This document shows positions 61,022-64,000 of a stretch of DNA of 64,000 bases, in pieces. Source of the stretch: the human T2T-CHM13v2.0 reference genome, Homo sapiens. How positions within the stretch are numbered: the first letter of the stretch is position 1; every line of letters begins with the position of its first letter. A program made the translations under genes and the position numbers. The stretch is from assembly GCF_009914755.1 (NCBI RefSeq), contig NC_060947.1, one strand, 5' to 3'. The notes below the pieces were generated by a model that was not told the origin of the DNA, did not search any database, and was given only the letters and a program-made list of their open reading frames with translations.

Positions 61022-63629
61022 ATATGTGTGAAGTAGCTATCAACAATAACATCCAGATCTTTATCTTGGGTAGCTATGTAGATAATAATAATAATAGCAC
61101 TAATGAAGATGGTAATAGGAATAGTGGTGCCATCAACTGTGATAGCGAATTCAGGAGGCAGTGCTAGTTTAGTGGAAAATGGACAATTCTCTTTTGGACA
61201 TGTTGAGTTGAAGGAGCCCATGGAGCATACAAGGGAAGATACCTAGCACCTAATTTGAATAGTTTAAAGCTATGGGGAGGATCTGTGATAAAGATTTAGA
61301 TTTGAGATTATACTAAGGATATTAGTCATAGCCTCCCATGATCATACCATTTCTAAGGGAACTTGCTGCATGCACTGACTATTGCCCATGCAGCCATAGT
61401 TTGTTCTACACAATCCATCCTATCTGGCTTGGCTACAGCTGATGGAATCTACCAGGTCACTGACCCAAGGGCAGTCAATCTGTAAGTTGACCACAGCCTG
61501 ATGATATAGATCTGGTGAAAAAGATGAACTGGGTTATTTAGAATCCCTGTCTCAGGATTTTGAGCTAAGAACTACAGAGACTCCAGGCCAGTTAACAATG
61601 GGAGTCAAAGCTGGAAGATTGTTGAAAATTGGGACATGACAAGCAGAGACCATTTGAAGCTGAGGTAAGAATGGGATGGAAATGATAGGAAAGCAAAGGA
61701 TGTTTGGTGGCAGAAGAATGGAATAGACACAGGAGAAAAAGACAACAAAGAGAGAGACAAAGAAAGTGAGCACATAGCCCAAGGAAAAAACAGAGAGACT
61801 TTTTCATTCTCAAGGCTGCTTAACTATCTAAGTGTTCTCATCTCAGTCAGTATAGTCTCAAATGAAACCCAGCCATCTGAGGATAGTTTGAGTGAGTTTT
61901 TTTTTCCAACCAAAAGAGGAGTCACCCACATGAAATCACTCAAGGAGAAACTAGTGCATGATAAAAGCAGTGAGTTAAGGAGAGCAGTGGGGAATACTAA
62001 CAGTGAACAGGTAACTAGAGGAAGCGGGACCCATAGACATACAGAGGGATGGACATAGGGTACTACCAAGAGAAGAGGAGGCCGTGGAAGTCAAGAGATC
62101 CTGTTTGTTTTTCTTTAAAGAGAGAGTGATCAGAAGTGTCAAAAACTGCAGAGAGGTCTGATAAGGACTCTGAGCAGTGCCCACTGGGCTAGAAATCAGT
62201 AGGTAACTGGTAATTTTGGTGAGCGCATTTAGCAGAGTGTTAGACGAGAGACAGAAACTAGACTGCAGTTGGTTAAGAAGTGAGTGTAAAGTAAGAATGT
62301 GGAGCTAGCCAATGTAGAATACTCTTCTGAGAAAATTACATGAGAAGGAGAGGAAAAGAGACTGAATATTAGCTAGAGGGGACCAAGAGCCCCAAAATGT
62401 TTTGCTTTGTGTTTGCTTTGTTGTGGTTTTCTGTTGCTTATTTTTTTATAAGAGAGGCTTGAGTTTTTAAGCTTAGAGGAAAAACATAGTTGAGTTGAGT
62501 TGAAAGAGAGAGAGAGAGAGAGAAGTCATCTGACTGAGCAAGATCCTGGAGGGTCCAAGACCTAGATTAACTAAAGGTGTTGGCCTTAAACAGAAAGATG
62601 GCACCTTACCTTCTGAAACTTGAAGAGAAAAAAGGAAGGATGGGTCTGTATGAAGATGAGATAGTAGTTGGTGGGAGTGGGAAGTTACAGAGATCTATCC
62701 TGCTGGCCTCAATTTTCTCAATGAGGTAGGAGGCAAAGTTTCCTGCCAAGAGTGAGGGAAGCAGGGTCAAGTAAGGGGCTTGAGGAAAGAAGTAAAAAGT
62801 TTGGAAGAGTCATTGAGAGGATTGTGAGAGGGGTTGGACCAAGGACAAGTGAAAGGATTGATGAGTGGGGCTGCAAGCCCAGCTGAAGTTAGGAAGTGGA
62901 AATTTGTAAAGGCCACAGTCTTCATGATTGTGGGATTTGCATCCAGTAGTGCTTAGCTGTTCAAACGTAGGAGCAGAGAAGGTAGTGTTGTGTGACTCCA
63001 CAGTTGGGGTTTGGGTGGGTGGATGTGGCAGAAGCATAGGGTGCCAGCAAACGGAGGGGAAGCTGAGCAGGGATTTGGGTGCTCAGCTATAGGTTCCTGC
63101 TTGGTATGGAAGGAAGAGGGAACACGAAGGGACTAACCGACTAGGAGAATGGAGGAATCACGAGACTGAAGGTTGCTGTGAGGTAGAAGAGCAGGTGTTA
63201 GAAGGCTGGGAGGTGGGAAACAGCCCAGCATTTTCCAGTAACTGTTCCTTTTGACTGAATCATGGGACAATAGTGGAGACCCAGAAAAGTGAGGAGACCT
63301 AGAGAATGAGGAGGCCAGAGAGATAAGCAGGGCTTGATGTAGGGAGGTCTCATATGCCACTATTTGAGCTGGATGTTGCAGAAGAGGCAGAAGCAAGGCA
63401 AGCTTACAGAGGTAGTTTTACAAAGTGGCTTATGGAAAATAATAGACTTCTGGAGCCCTGTTGGGTCTTTTCCTGAATTCTTGTACTCTCTTCTGATGAT
63501 TTTAAAGTTTACTTTCCAATTCTAAAAGTCAGTGGCGCAAATCCACCCCTCCTCCTCCCTGTATAAAATCTAGGTAGTGAGAAAGTTACATTAATTCTTA
63601 TCCCAAGGAGAGTCATCTGTTTTGCATAG

Positions 63630-63832
63630 TTGAAAGAGCCCTAAATTGTGAGTCCAGAGCCTTGGATTCTAGTCCTAGGTCTACCACCAATGAACTGTAC
63701 ACATCTCCATCTCTCTGGACTTCTTTTTCATGATCTATAATGAGAGAGAAATATTACCTGTCTTGTCTATTTCCTAAGGTTGTTGTGAGGGTGAAATGAA
63801 GTCATAGATGTAAATGCACTCTGCAAAGTTAA
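63630..63832 (+). mobile_element. MIR
   Basis: GGTTGTTGTGAGGGTGAAATGA...GCACTCTGCAAA. Confidence 0.6.
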
Positions 63833-64000
63833 AAGTGTATGGTGAGCAGAATTGATGCTTATTACTGGGATCTGGCCAGGTTTGCCTTGTGTCCTTCTTC
63901 TACGTCTTGTGACAGCAGAGTCTACTTCCTGCTTCCTTCCCTCATTCCCAGTCCCCACATGCCTGTAAGTTCCCAGAAGTCAGACCTGCCCTGGTGGGAG

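Larger units (their letters stand above)
59559..63200 (-). mobile_element. Fragmented old L2 hosting the MER1B and MaLR inserts
   Basis: L2 motifs TGTGCCAGGACCTATGCTAGG and TTTTGGACATGTTGAGTTGAAG; purine-rich body. Confidence 0.6.

Overview
Primate (very probably human or great-ape) genomic DNA, mostly decayed transposable elements. The only gene-derived sequence is at 1-~2940: the last 18 codons and 3'UTR-derived region of a MYCL (L-myc) copy. It is best explained as the X-linked processed retrocopy MYCL2/MYCLP1. Since insertion its 3'UTR has gained a TA/TG microsatellite that spells ten Pumilio elements, two antisense Alus and a ~148-bp triplication just upstream of the poly(A) signal. The rest is nested L1, L2, MIR, Alu, MaLR/ERV LTRs (MST, THE1, MLT, MER41, MER51, MER52, MER31) and hAT/TcMar DNA transposons, including a readable RTE-clade reverse-transcriptase relic and a pogo-like transposase relic. 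No other ORF in the track looks like a real gene. I found no convincing new multi-gene system; the best leads are regulatory. Repeat family names and comparisons with MYCL come from recalled consensus sequences, not from a search, so subfamily calls are approximate.
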